From the NCBI GenBank assembly GCA_032128115.1, contig JAQBHB010000093.1:96001-160000 (forward strand): a DNA stretch of 64,000 nucleotides. Reading direction: 5' to 3'. The position numbers were made by a program, and so were the translations under genes. The notes beneath the pieces were generated by a model. That model made no database searches, was not told where the DNA came from, and saw only the letters and a list, made by a program, of their open reading frames with translations. The stretch is from Deltaproteobacteria bacterium. GTDB lineage: Bacteria > Myxococcota_A > UBA9160 > SMWR01. Shown in pieces: positions 27,552-37,101 of this stretch. How positions within the stretch are numbered: the stretch's first letter is position 1; each line of letters starts with the position of its first letter.

Positions 27552-29535
27552 CACGGCGCTGCGTCCTGGAATCGCCCACGGCACCTATCCGGAGCGGGAC
27601 GTGGAGCGGACGAACGCGGTAGAGCGCGCCGTGCAGGGGCTGGTGGGCGCCGTGGGGCGCCGGCGCGGCTCGAGCCCATCCCATCTGGCGGCTTTCGTTC
27701 GCTCGGTAGAGGCGTGCGGATCCGACCTTCGTCAGATCTCCCAGGACGGCTTCGAAGCCCGGGTGCGCGAGCTGCGTCAGCGACTGGGTGTCGGCGGCAT
27801 TACCGATGAGCTGATTCCGCCGGCCTTCGCCCTGGTGCGAGAGGCCTCGAGGCGCGCCCTGGGCATGGCGCACTATCGGGTCCAGCTGGTGGGTGGCTGG
27901 GTGCTGGCGCGAGGAATGTTGGCGGAAATGGAGACGGGCGAAGGCAAGACCCTGACCGCCACCCTGCCCGCGTGCACCGCGGCACTGGCCGGTATCCCGG
28001 TGCATGTGGTCTCGGCCAATGACTACCTGGTGGAACGCGACGCGGAATCCATGCGCCCGATCTACGAGGCCATGGGGCTGAGCGTCGGTGCCGTGTGTGA
28101 TCGCGAGAAGGACGTTTCGCTGCGCCGGGCAGCCTACGCCTGTGACATCACCTACGGCACCGCCCAGCAGATCGCGTTCGACTACCTGCGCGATGGGCTC
28201 GAGCGCGGCAAGCACCGCGGTCGCCTCCCAATGCAGCTCGAGCGCCTGTACCAGGACACCCCCAGCTCCGGGCGTCTGCTGCTGCGCGGTCTGTGCTTCG
28301 CGATCATCGACGAGGTAGACAGCGTGCTCATCGACGAGGCCCGCACCCCACTCATCCTTTCGGTGTCGGGCTCGGGGAGCGAGCAACGACGCATCTACCG
28401 CACGGCCATGCGGCTGGCGCGCGCGCTCGAGTCTGGAATCCACTTCCGTGTGGGAGGGCAGGGGCAGGTGGATCTCACCGATGCAGGCCATGAGCGTCTG
28501 GAGGAGCTGGCCCGCCCCCTCAAGGGTTTCTGGACCGGTCCCAAACGCCGAGAGGAGTGGGTGGGCAAGGCCCTCAGCGCGCTCCACGTGTTCGTGCGCG
28601 ATCAACACTATCTGGTGCGAGAGGACAAGGTGCAGATCATCGACCAGTCCACGGGTCGCATCTCGCCGGATCGCTCCTGGCAGGGCGGGATCCACCAGTT
28701 GATCGAGCTGAAAGAGGACTGCGAGCTCACGCCAGAGAAGGAGACCCTCGCGCGCATCAGCTATCAGCAGTTCTTCCGGCGCTACCTGCGCCTCGCCGGG
28801 ATGACAGGAACTGCGAGCGAGGTTGCCCCGGAGCTCTGGTCCTCGTACCGGCTCAATACGGTCGTGGTGCCCACGCGCAAGCAGGTGGTTCGGCGCCACG
28901 CGGGCACGCGCGTGTTCGCCGGCGACGAGGCCCGATGGAAGGCGGTGGTGCGCAACGTCCGCGACTGCCACCGGCGCGGTCAGCCGGTGCTGGTGGGCAC
29001 GGCTTCCGTGGGGGCGTCCGAGCACCTGAGCCGGCTGCTGGGCCAGGCCGGGCTGCCCCACCAGGTCCTGAATGCCCGCCACGATGCAGAAGAGGCGTCG
29101 ATCGTGGCCGATGCGGGCGCACTGGGGCGCATCACGGTGGCCACCAACATGGCGGGGCGGGGCACCGACATCGCGCTGGCGCCGGGGGTCCTTTCGCGGG
29201 GCGGCCTGCACGTGATCTCGACCCAGCGCAGCGACGCACGCCGCATCGACCGGCAACTCTTCGGCCGATGTGCCCGGCAGGGCGACCCGGGCAGTTACGA
29301 ATGCGTCTACTCGCTGGAGGACGAGCCGGTGGCGCGATTCTTCCCCGCGGGGCTGCTGCGTTCCCTCGCCGCATTCGCAAAAGCCAACCGGGCGCTCGCT
29401 ACCTGGCTGGGAGAACTGCTCACGTCCTTGCCCCAGAGGGCCGAAGAGAGACGACACGTTCGGATGAGGCGAAGCGTGGTCGATCTCGAGGAGTACCTCG
29501 GTGACCTTCTCGCTTTCTCCGGACCCACGGAGTAG
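27544..29535 (+). CDS. Secondary, C-terminally truncated SecA-like ATPase (SecA_DEAD protein)
   Basis: EMETGEGKT, NDYLVERD, FDYLRD, IIDEVDSVLIDEARTPLIL, GMTGT, ATNMAGRGTDI, QLFGRCARQGDPG. Only 663 aa, lacking the wing/scaffold C-terminus. Confidence 0.92.
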   Translation: MSSTALRPGIAHGTYPERDVERTNAVERAVQGLVGAVGRRRGSSPSHLAAFVRSVEACGSDLRQISQDGFEARVRELRQRLGVGGITDELIPPAFALVREASRRALGMAHYRVQLVGGWVLARGMLAEMETGEGKTLTATLPACTAALAGIPVHVVSANDYLVERDAESMRPIYEAMGLSVGAVCDREKDVSLRRAAYACDITYGTAQQIAFDYLRDGLERGKHRGRLPMQLERLYQDTPSSGRLLLRGLCFAIIDEVDSVLIDEARTPLILSVSGSGSEQRRIYRTAMRLARALESGIHFRVGGQGQVDLTDAGHERLEELARPLKGFWTGPKRREEWVGKALSALHVFVRDQHYLVREDKVQIIDQSTGRISPDRSWQGGIHQLIELKEDCELTPEKETLARISYQQFFRRYLRLAGMTGTASEVAPELWSSYRLNTVVVPTRKQVVRRHAGTRVFAGDEARWKAVVRNVRDCHRRGQPVLVGTASVGASEHLSRLLGQAGLPHQVLNARHDAEEASIVADAGALGRITVATNMAGRGTDIALAPGVLSRGGLHVISTQRSDARRIDRQLFGRCARQGDPGSYECVYSLEDEPVARFFPAGLLRSLAAFAKANRALATWLGELLTSLPQRAEERRHVRMRRSVVDLEEYLGDLLAFSGPTE

Positions 29536-29545
29536 GAGCCACACG

Positions 29546-30598
29546 GTGCAGCTCCCGCAGAACCGGTTGTTGCGACACGCGATTCGCTTCCTGCCGCCGA
29601 TCGCGGTGGTGGTGGCCGCGGCAGTTCTCCTGGGCCCGGGCTTCGCCGGGTTCAGTCGCGACCAGGCGCCCGATCCGAACGACTCGGCCCCGGCTGATAC
29701 CGCATTCGATCAACCGTTCGACCCGGGCGCGGCGCCCAGCAGCCCGGTGGTCCTGGCGGCCCCGGCACCCGAGGTGCAGCGCGCAGCGGCCCCGGCCGCT
29801 CCGGCGCGGCATCGAGAGCGCGTGCCCGCAGCCAGTTCCATCAGCCTCGACAACCTGTCCGATCCGCTCGACTGCATCATCGAACCGTACGAGGTGGTAG
29901 AGATCGGGAGTCCGGTCACCGGTGTGATCCAGACGCTGCGTGTGGAGCGCGGAGATACCGTCGAGGCCGGGCAGATCCTGGCCGAGCTCGAGTCCGGCGT
30001 CGAGAAGGCGGCCGTGGCGCTCGCTCGCGTGCGGGCGAAGATGGACGGAGAGGTGCAGTCACGCGAGGTCCGATTTGGCCTGGGTGATCGCCGCCACGAG
30101 CGCGCCGACGAGCTGTTCGAACGCAACGCCTTGTCCCTGGACGAGCGCGAACAGCTGGAGACCGACCGCGAACTGGCCCGCCTCGAGCTCAAGCAGGCCC
30201 GAGAGAACAAGCGCGTGGCGGAACTCGAGCTTCACCAGGCCGTCGAAGCCCTGGATCGGCGGACGATTCGGAGCCCGATCTCGGGTGTCGTTGTCGAGCG
30301 CCTGATGTCACCGGGCGAGGTGGTGGACGAGGAGACCATACTCACCATCGCGCAGATCGATCCCCTGCGTGTCGAGGTGATTCTTCCCTCGGGAATGTTT
30401 GGCACGGTGGCACGCGGAACCGAAGCCGTGGTGTCGCCGGAGCTGCAGGGCGAGCAGGTGCAGTTGGCGTCCGTCACCATCGTCGATCGCGTGCTCGACG
30501 CCGCCAGCGGAACCTTCGGCGTGCGTCTGGAACTCCCCAATCCCGACTACGCCACTCCCGGCGGGCTGCACTGCCAGGTCCGCTTCCGCGGCAAATAG
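29546..30598 (+). CDS. RND-type periplasmic adaptor (membrane fusion protein)
   Basis: SD AGGAG then GTG, SPVTGVI...VERGDTV, coiled hairpin, IRSPISGVV, DAASGTFGVRLELPN. Confidence 0.88.
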   Translation: MQLPQNRLLRHAIRFLPPIAVVVAAAVLLGPGFAGFSRDQAPDPNDSAPADTAFDQPFDPGAAPSSPVVLAAPAPEVQRAAAPAAPARHRERVPAASSISLDNLSDPLDCIIEPYEVVEIGSPVTGVIQTLRVERGDTVEAGQILAELESGVEKAAVALARVRAKMDGEVQSREVRFGLGDRRHERADELFERNALSLDEREQLETDRELARLELKQARENKRVAELELHQAVEALDRRTIRSPISGVVVERLMSPGEVVDEETILTIAQIDPLRVEVILPSGMFGTVARGTEAVVSPELQGEQVQLASVTIVDRVLDAASGTFGVRLELPNPDYATPGGLHCQVRFRGK

Positions 30599-30601
30599 GC
30601 C

Positions 30602-32119
30602 ATGTTCTCGAGGTCGCCGGTCCTGCGCATCAGCTCGGGGCTGGTCGCGATGGCGTGCTCGATCCTGGTGGCGCTCGATTTGTTGGGCCTGATTCCCGAG
30701 CCCAGACCGTCGCTGGCCGAGTCCCGATTCAACCTGTGTCGCGACCTCGCAGGCCAGGCCATCAGTGCGGTCGATCACAGCGACTTCAGCGCGGTGCGTT
30801 CCCTGCTCCTGGAGACCGCCCGCAGCGAGGGCGATGTGGATTCGGCCGGCCTCCGCACGGCCGAGGGGCGCCTGCTGGTGGCCACCGAAGGCCACGAGGA
30901 GGCGTGGGAGAAGCAGGAGGACGACGCCCAGACGGCCACCCAGGTAGCAGTTCCCGTCTTCAAGAATGGAAAGCCGTGGGGCCAGGTCGAAGTGCGCTTC
31001 GCCGACCGGACCGGGATCCAGTCGCTGACCGACGTGGTCAACCAACCGGTGATCCTCACGCTGATGTGCTTCTCGCCCTTCGCCTTCCTGGCCTTCTGGT
31101 TCTACATGAAGCGCATCCTGAAACACCTGGACCCCACCGCCGTGATTCCGGCACGGGTGCAGACGGCGCTCAACGTGATGGCGGAAGGCGTGGTTCTGCT
31201 CGACAGCGACGAGCGGATCGTGCTGGCGAACGACGCCTTCTCGAGCCGTGTCGGGCGACCTTCCAGTTCGCTGCTGGGCGCAAAGCTCTCGAGCCTCGAC
31301 TGGCGTCTTCCGAGTGATGTGGAGACCGATCGCCGCTTTCCGTGGCTCGAAGCGCAGGCGCACAGCAAGAGCACCACGGGAATGCGGTTGATCCTCGAGA
31401 CCAAGTCCCACGGCGTGCAGTCGTTCATGGTCAACGGGGCCCCGATCCTGGACGGCGGCGGCTCGGCCAAGGGCGTGATCGCCACGTTCGACGACGTGAC
31501 AGAGCTTCAGCGCACGACGATGGAGTTGCAACTCGCCAACGAGATGCTCGAGAGCGCCAACCAGATGCTCGAGAAGAATCAGGACGAAATCCGGTTGCAG
31601 AACGAGGAACTGGAGCTCCTGGCGCGACGCGATCCGCTCACGGACGTCTCGAACCGGCGCTTCTTCATGACCACCTACGAGGCGAGCTTCAAGAAGGCCC
31701 AGGAAACCGGTCAGCAGATCGCCTGCATCATGGCCGACATCGACCACTTCAAGCGGGTCAACGACAATCACGGCCACGCCATGGGCGACGACGTCATCAA
31801 GCGCGTCGCCGAAGCCCTGAAATCCACGGTGCGCGGAACGGATTCGGTCTGCCGCTACGGCGGTGAGGAGTTCTGCGTCGTGCTGGTAGGCGCGCCGACC
31901 TCCGCCGCCGCTGCCGTGGCGGAGCGGATCCGCCGCAAGATCGAGCAACCCGACTTTGCCCCGGTCCCGGTGACGGCGAGCCTGGGGGTCTCGTCCATCG
32001 AGTTCGCACCCAAGACGTTCCCCGAGCTGATCAACCAGGCCGACGAAGCTCTCTACGCCTCGAAGAAGGGCGGCCGGAATCGTGTCACCCGCTATGACGA
32101 GGTGGCGTCGCCTCGGTAG
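30602..32119 (+). CDS. Membrane-anchored PAS-GGDEF diguanylate cyclase
   Basis: Two TM helices with a periplasmic domain, PAS (AEGVVLLD...NDAF), DPLT, DIDHFKRVND, RYGGEEF, ADEALYASK. Confidence 0.93.
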   Translation: MFSRSPVLRISSGLVAMACSILVALDLLGLIPEPRPSLAESRFNLCRDLAGQAISAVDHSDFSAVRSLLLETARSEGDVDSAGLRTAEGRLLVATEGHEEAWEKQEDDAQTATQVAVPVFKNGKPWGQVEVRFADRTGIQSLTDVVNQPVILTLMCFSPFAFLAFWFYMKRILKHLDPTAVIPARVQTALNVMAEGVVLLDSDERIVLANDAFSSRVGRPSSSLLGAKLSSLDWRLPSDVETDRRFPWLEAQAHSKSTTGMRLILETKSHGVQSFMVNGAPILDGGGSAKGVIATFDDVTELQRTTMELQLANEMLESANQMLEKNQDEIRLQNEELELLARRDPLTDVSNRRFFMTTYEASFKKAQETGQQIACIMADIDHFKRVNDNHGHAMGDDVIKRVAEALKSTVRGTDSVCRYGGEEFCVVLVGAPTSAAAAVAERIRRKIEQPDFAPVPVTASLGVSSIEFAPKTFPELINQADEALYASKKGGRNRVTRYDEVASPR

Positions 32120-32147
32120 GCCTGGGCCCGCGCGTCCAGAGGATTTC

Positions 32148-33731
32148 ATGAGCAAACGAGCCCGATCGCAGGAGCGCCAGGCGCCCAGGCCCCGGAGGCG
32201 TCGACGGCGTGCTGTGAGTTCCACGGGAGCGGACGCGGGATATACGCCGCTGCGGGCGCCAGTTGCTGCCAGCGACCGGATCGTCGAGGGCATCCGTGAG
32301 ACCCTCCGGCGGGCCCGGTGGGCCGCGAAAGAGCGCCTCGAACTGGCAGAGAAACCCAGTGGCGATCCGGTGGTGGACGCGATCGTCGAATTGTTCCAGA
32401 AGGCCCGGTCCGTGCCGGAAGACGTCGCCCGTCGCGCGCTCGAACCCCTGCGCCTCGAGGAGTGGCAGGAAGCGGGACTATTGGATCTGCGAGATGGGCT
32501 GGCGGTGCCGCTCGTGCGTCTGGCCGCCTACCAGGGACTCGTGGTGGCCGCCGACCTGTCCTGGAGCGCGGGGTGTCCGCGGGATGCGGTGATGGGGCTG
32601 ACCGGAAGCACGTCGTGGCTGGCACGCCTGACGGTGCGGCGCCGCACGCGCCACACGCTGGATCTGGGCACGGGTAACGGGCTCCAGGCCATGCTGGCGG
32701 CCCGTCACAGTGAACGGGTGCTGGCCATCGACGTGAATCCGCGGGCGCTGGCCTTCGCGCAGTTCAGTGCCCGCATCAACGGTTTCACCAACATCGATTT
32801 CGCCCACGGCGACTGGTTCGAGCCGGCCGCTGGGCGGCGCTTCGACCAGATCGTGTGCAACCCACCCTTCGTGATCTCCCCGGAGACCGAGACCCTGTAC
32901 CGGGACAATCCCTACGACGGCGACGATCTGGTGACGCGGATCGTGCGCCAGATGCCCGAGCACCTGGAGGAGGGGGCTCTCGGTCAGATGATCTGCGACT
33001 GGGTGGAGCCGGCCGCGAGTTCCTGGTCGGATCGCCTGGCCTCCCGGTTCCGGGATTGCGGCTGCGACGCCCTGGCCCTCCGCATCCTCTCCAAGGATCC
33101 CGCCGCATACGTGGGCGCATACGCCGCCACCACGCCCGCGCTGCGAGATGCGTGGCTCGCCTACTTCGCCACGCAGGGCATCGAGAAGATCGGCTTCGGC
33201 CTGATCTGCCTGCGCCGGCGCACCCGCTCGAGCCACTGGTTCAGCGCCGACAAGGTCCCGAAACCCGCCGATCGGGCCACGGGAGAGGACGTGGCCCGGG
33301 CCATCGCGGCGCGCGATTTCCTGGAGGGGAACCGAAGTGATGAAACGCTGCTGGGCGCCCACCTCCGGGTTTCGCCGAGTCTCCGGATCGAGCCGCGCAT
33401 GGAGCCAGGCCCCAAGGGCTGGCTCGCGAAGAGCGCGCAGCTATCGCTGAGCCGTGGATTCGGATACGTGGCTCGGGTCGACCGTCCTCTCATGGAGTTG
33501 CTGCTGCGCTGTGACGGCCGGCGATCCCTGCGCGACCTGGTGGCCGATGCCGCCACCCGCCATCAGAAGGGCGCGGAGGAGTGGGCCCAGATGCTGACCG
33601 ATGTGGTGCGCCGATTGATCGCCTTCGGATTCGTGTGGCCCGTTGCCCCCGCCTCGGTTGGCGCCGCTCCTTCGCCCGACCAGGCGCCGCCCGCAAAGAA
33701 TCCGCCGGATGAGTCGAGCGCAGCCGCCTGA
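32148..33731 (+). CDS. Class I SAM-dependent methyltransferase (NPPF type) with PqqD-like C-terminus
   Basis: LDLGTGNG, IDVNPRA, CNPPF. C-terminal CDGRRSLRDLV...VRRLIAFGFV. Confidence 0.82.
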   Translation: MSKRARSQERQAPRPRRRRRRAVSSTGADAGYTPLRAPVAASDRIVEGIRETLRRARWAAKERLELAEKPSGDPVVDAIVELFQKARSVPEDVARRALEPLRLEEWQEAGLLDLRDGLAVPLVRLAAYQGLVVAADLSWSAGCPRDAVMGLTGSTSWLARLTVRRRTRHTLDLGTGNGLQAMLAARHSERVLAIDVNPRALAFAQFSARINGFTNIDFAHGDWFEPAAGRRFDQIVCNPPFVISPETETLYRDNPYDGDDLVTRIVRQMPEHLEEGALGQMICDWVEPAASSWSDRLASRFRDCGCDALALRILSKDPAAYVGAYAATTPALRDAWLAYFATQGIEKIGFGLICLRRRTRSSHWFSADKVPKPADRATGEDVARAIAARDFLEGNRSDETLLGAHLRVSPSLRIEPRMEPGPKGWLAKSAQLSLSRGFGYVARVDRPLMELLLRCDGRRSLRDLVADAATRHQKGAEEWAQMLTDVVRRLIAFGFVWPVAPASVGAAPSPDQAPPAKNPPDESSAAA

Positions 33732-33784
33732 GTGCTGCGCCGCGAGCGCAGTTGCGCAAATCTATTGCGTCGGAGGGAGACCCG

Positions 33785-34879
33785 GTGGAATGTCTGCGCC
33801 GCGCGTCTGCGCGTCTGGCTCTTCTCTCGACCCTGACGATCTCGCTGTGCGGAAATGGTCTCGAGGCTCCTGCCCCCGACCTGAGGGCCGGGCGTGGCGT
33901 GAGCGTCGTCGATCCCTCCGCGCGCCTGCCGGCGGGAGATTCGGGCTGGGAGAACTGGGACCTGCTGCTCCGCCTGGACACGGGCCACGTGGTGGCCATG
34001 CGTTTTCTCATCACGAATCGCGGTCCCGGTGACCAGAACGGCGTGGCCCTCGGGCAGGTGATCCGCCCCGACGGCTCGGTCCTCAGCTTCGACAACGGCC
34101 GTCGCAAGGACCGCTGGACGTTGGCTGCGGATCGCCTCCGCCTGGACATCGGAAGCAGCCACCTGGACCTGCACGCACCGGCCCATCATCTGGAGATCGA
34201 CAAGAAGGCCGTGAAGCTCGACCTGCGCTACGCGCCCCGGGGCTGGGCGGCCGCACCGCCCGGACTCACCCCCGACGGCTACCAGCTGGACGTGATCGAT
34301 GCAGCCGCCCCGGTGGAGGGCTCACTCTGGGTCGAGGGCATGCAACGGGCCGTGCAGGTGAAAGGGCGCGCGGGTGTCACCCACAGCTGGGCTCGGGAGT
34401 CCGAGTCGGATCGGGTCCTGCGGCGACTCGACTTCTACTCGCTTGGCGACGGCGCGGCGGTGTACCTGGTCGAACTCACCAGCCCGACGGGACGCCGCAC
34501 CCGTTGGCTCAGCAGCGGTGGCGACGGGGAAGGCTTCTTCCAGGCTTCCGATTTCGATCTCGCCCTGGAGGGGGATCTGGCGGATCGCGACAACTCGTCG
34601 TACTGGATGCCAGCCCGCCTGAAGGCCCGGGGTGCGTCGATGTACGGCGATGTGTCGTTTGCGCGCACGCTGACGGAGATGGATCCCCTGGCGGCCCTGC
34701 CCACCCCGATCCGCCTGGTCATGGCCCTGGGCGGCAGGCCCCACCGGGTGTGGGTCGAGGCGGACTATGACCTGTCGCTGGGTGCGGCGCCGGATACGCC
34801 GCGTCGCCGGGGCACGGGCCTGGCGGTGGTGACCTTCCAGTCGACGCTGGGGCCCGCGCCGCAGGCGCTCAGGCGATGA
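33785..34879 (+). CDS. Exported hypothetical protein, possibly CrtC/AttH/lipocalin-like beta fold
   Basis: SD GGAGGG then GTG, hydrophobic leader with Cys, WENWD, beta-rich sequence, G-x-x-x-x-x-H-S-W. Confidence 0.55.
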   Translation: MECLRRASARLALLSTLTISLCGNGLEAPAPDLRAGRGVSVVDPSARLPAGDSGWENWDLLLRLDTGHVVAMRFLITNRGPGDQNGVALGQVIRPDGSVLSFDNGRRKDRWTLAADRLRLDIGSSHLDLHAPAHHLEIDKKAVKLDLRYAPRGWAAAPPGLTPDGYQLDVIDAAAPVEGSLWVEGMQRAVQVKGRAGVTHSWARESESDRVLRRLDFYSLGDGAAVYLVELTSPTGRRTRWLSSGGDGEGFFQASDFDLALEGDLADRDNSSYWMPARLKARGASMYGDVSFARTLTEMDPLAALPTPIRLVMALGGRPHRVWVEADYDLSLGAAPDTPRRRGTGLAVVTFQSTLGPAPQALRR

Positions 34880-36023
34880 GTTCGCTGAGGGTCTCGGGCC
34901 AGGCACGCTGCAGTCGGGCCACCAGGGCGTCGAAGGCGCGGATCTCATCGGGCACGAAAACCTCGGACAGGACCGACAGGCCTACGCCGGGCGCCAGGGC
35001 CGCGAGGGCCGCGCACTGAAGCGATCCCCGCAACATTCGCCGACGGGTCAGATCGCGCGAACGCAGTCCCACGCTGGCCACGGTCGCGCATCCGAGGCCG
35101 ACCCCGGCCCAGGTGCGCCCGCCCCGTTGGCGTCGCTCGGCGTCGGCGCGCCCTTCCGAAAGCAGCTCGCGAGCTCGCTGGATGACGCCCCGGTCCGGGC
35201 GCGCGAGTGGTCTACCCCGGGGTGAAACCTCGAACTCGGCCACCAGGCCGCCGTGATTCGAATAGCTGGCCCGTTTGCCCGCAAGCTCCAGGGTCTCGTC
35301 GAAGGCCCGATCGATCTGGACGGGCACCACGCCCTGCGACCCGCCATCCCGGGCGAAGACGTAGTCCTCGCGCTTCAGAGCCGACTTCCGGCGATAGACG
35401 TTCTCGCCCCAGACGGTGGGTTGGCGGCGATCCAGATCGGCCGCCACGTCCCGCATGCCCGTCAGGCCGGTGAAGATCGCGTACTCCGGGTCGTTCTCCG
35501 GGAAGTTGAAGTCGCCCAGGGCCAGGATCGGGTGGTCGGTCTTGTGCGAGGCCATCGCGATCTGCACGATCTGGCCGATCCGGTGAGTCCGGTACTGGCG
35601 CCGCACCTTCCCCGAATAGGCAGCCTGGAGATGGGTGTCGATCAGGGTGATGGGCCCCGCCTCCGTGGCCAGACGGACCGCCACGAAGCCCTTGCCGGCG
35701 TAGTAGTCGCCGTGGTCCAGGCGCTCGGGCATGCCGTTCAGGGTGAAGCTCTCGAAGATGACCGACTCGATGGGCAGTCGGGAGAGCACCACGAGCCCGC
35801 TCCCGCCCAGGCTCTCGTGCCTGTGCCAGGCGTGGATCAGGCCGGCGCGGACACCGGCGGCCCGCAGGGTCTGGCGGACATCGGCGGTCCAGGCCTCCTG
35901 GAAGGCGATGACATCCAGGTCGAGGGCTGGCAGTCGATCGCCAATCGCCTTCATCCGCTGCGTGACCTGCGGCGAGAGAGGCGGCAGGCCCCAGACATTC
36001 AACGTGGCGACGCGTAGTTTCAT
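34869..36023 (-). CDS. Endonuclease/exonuclease/phosphatase family protein (sphingomyelinase-like) with C-terminal TM segments
   Basis: ATLNVWGL, AFQEAW, SGLVVLSRLP, DTHLQA, GDFN, REDYVF, SNHGG. Confidence 0.85.
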   Translation of the reverse strand: MKLRVATLNVWGLPPLSPQVTQRMKAIGDRLPALDLDVIAFQEAWTADVRQTLRAAGVRAGLIHAWHRHESLGGSGLVVLSRLPIESVIFESFTLNGMPERLDHGDYYAGKGFVAVRLATEAGPITLIDTHLQAAYSGKVRRQYRTHRIGQIVQIAMASHKTDHPILALGDFNFPENDPEYAIFTGLTGMRDVAADLDRRQPTVWGENVYRRKSALKREDYVFARDGGSQGVVPVQIDRAFDETLELAGKRASYSNHGGLVAEFEVSPRGRPLARPDRGVIQRARELLSEGRADAERRQRGGRTWAGVGLGCATVASVGLRSRDLTRRRMLRGSLQCAALAALAPGVGLSVLSEVFVPDEIRAFDALVARLQRAWPETLSELIA

Positions 36024-36356
36024 GGCTCCCTGGGCGATGCCGGCCGGGAGCGTGGTTGGCGCCCTCGAGCCGGGCGGGGGATGCCCGTTCGGGGTTTGCA
36101 CCCCTCTACTGCAATTCGCGCGCCGTCCCGGAAACATCCGACACACGAACGTGAATTCGTAAGCAGCGGCCGCAGTTCGCGTGGGTTCTACGTACGAGTT
36201 ACGCGTGCGGATGACAGCACCTGGAGAGAAGTTTGCTTCTCACGAGCGCCGTTTCGCGTCCAATCAGACGGGATTTTCGTAGCAGGCGAGGAGCAGGCAG
36301 GGTGTCGATCCCCGGCCTCGCTGCGCGGCGAGGCGCGGGTGAACCCAGGTGGGGTC

Positions 36357-37073
36357 CTAGAAGCGCTCGAAGCGCCGGTAGAAGAGGGCGTTGCGCATAC
36401 GATCGAGGGCCCCGTCCCGGTTCAGGACCACGATGAAGACCTTGCGCAGGTGGCCCTCGGGACACTCGATGGGGCGCACCCCGTGCCACGAGTTGCCGTT
36501 TCGGGTGAAGATCAGGCTGCGGTTGCCCAGGGTCGGGGACGAGATGGCCCGGTCGAAGTCCTCGAAGGCCGGGGCCGAGTGAGCCTTGAAGCGCCCCCGA
36601 TCGTCGAGAATCACCGTCTCTCCGCCCCAGCCCTCATTCCAGTCATCGGGCGTGTTGAAATAGAAGATGTGCGAGCCGAGCTTGCGCGTGGAATCGCAAT
36701 GCGGCGATACCGAGCAGCCGTTGGGCGTGTAGTGCCAGTGGAAATTGAACGAGATCGAGGGGATCCCCACCAGGCGACACAGGGCCCGCTTGTAGCGCCC
36801 GCCGGTCAGCTCGCCGAGGAACTCCCGCCACGCTGTGCTCAGCTCGAGCCCATCCTTGTATTCCAGCAGGTAGCGGTCGTGAGGCGACTGGCCACCTCGC
36901 CGTTCCACATCGAAGCTGCGGGTCATGAGATCCAGGTCGGGCAGGTTTGCACGCAGCACCTCGAAAGCCTCGGGGTGCAGCAGCTCGACCGGGTTCGCAA
37001 AGGGATAGGGCGCCGTGGCCTGATAATGCGCCGGATCCAGCGCCTCCAGGCGATCGAAGTCCAGGTACTTCAT
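36357..37073 (-). CDS. 2OG-Fe(II) oxygenase
   Basis: PYPF, SPHCD (HxD), GGET, SWHGV, RK. Confidence 0.82.
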   Translation of the reverse strand: MKYLDFDRLEALDPAHYQATAPYPFANPVELLHPEAFEVLRANLPDLDLMTRSFDVERRGGQSPHDRYLLEYKDGLELSTAWREFLGELTGGRYKRALCRLVGIPSISFNFHWHYTPNGCSVSPHCDSTRKLGSHIFYFNTPDDWNEGWGGETVILDDRGRFKAHSAPAFEDFDRAISSPTLGNRSLIFTRNGNSWHGVRPIECPEGHLRKVFIVVLNRDGALDRMRNALFYRRFERF

Positions 37074-37101
37074 GGGCTGCTCCCAGCTGCCGCCATCGGA
37101 T

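Noticed and set aside
27544..29535. Housekeeping secA or a secA pseudogene
   Set aside because: All ATPase motifs are intact, the ORF ends cleanly with an SD and next gene 10 bp later, and no SecA remainder is seen downstream. It fits a short secondary SecA.
36215..36260. Glycine-riboswitch-like fragment (GAAGCAAA...CTCTCCAGG, minus strand)
   Set aside because: The resemblance is only partial, with no GGAGA...CCGAAG core or second aptamer, and the downstream gene is unrelated to glycine.
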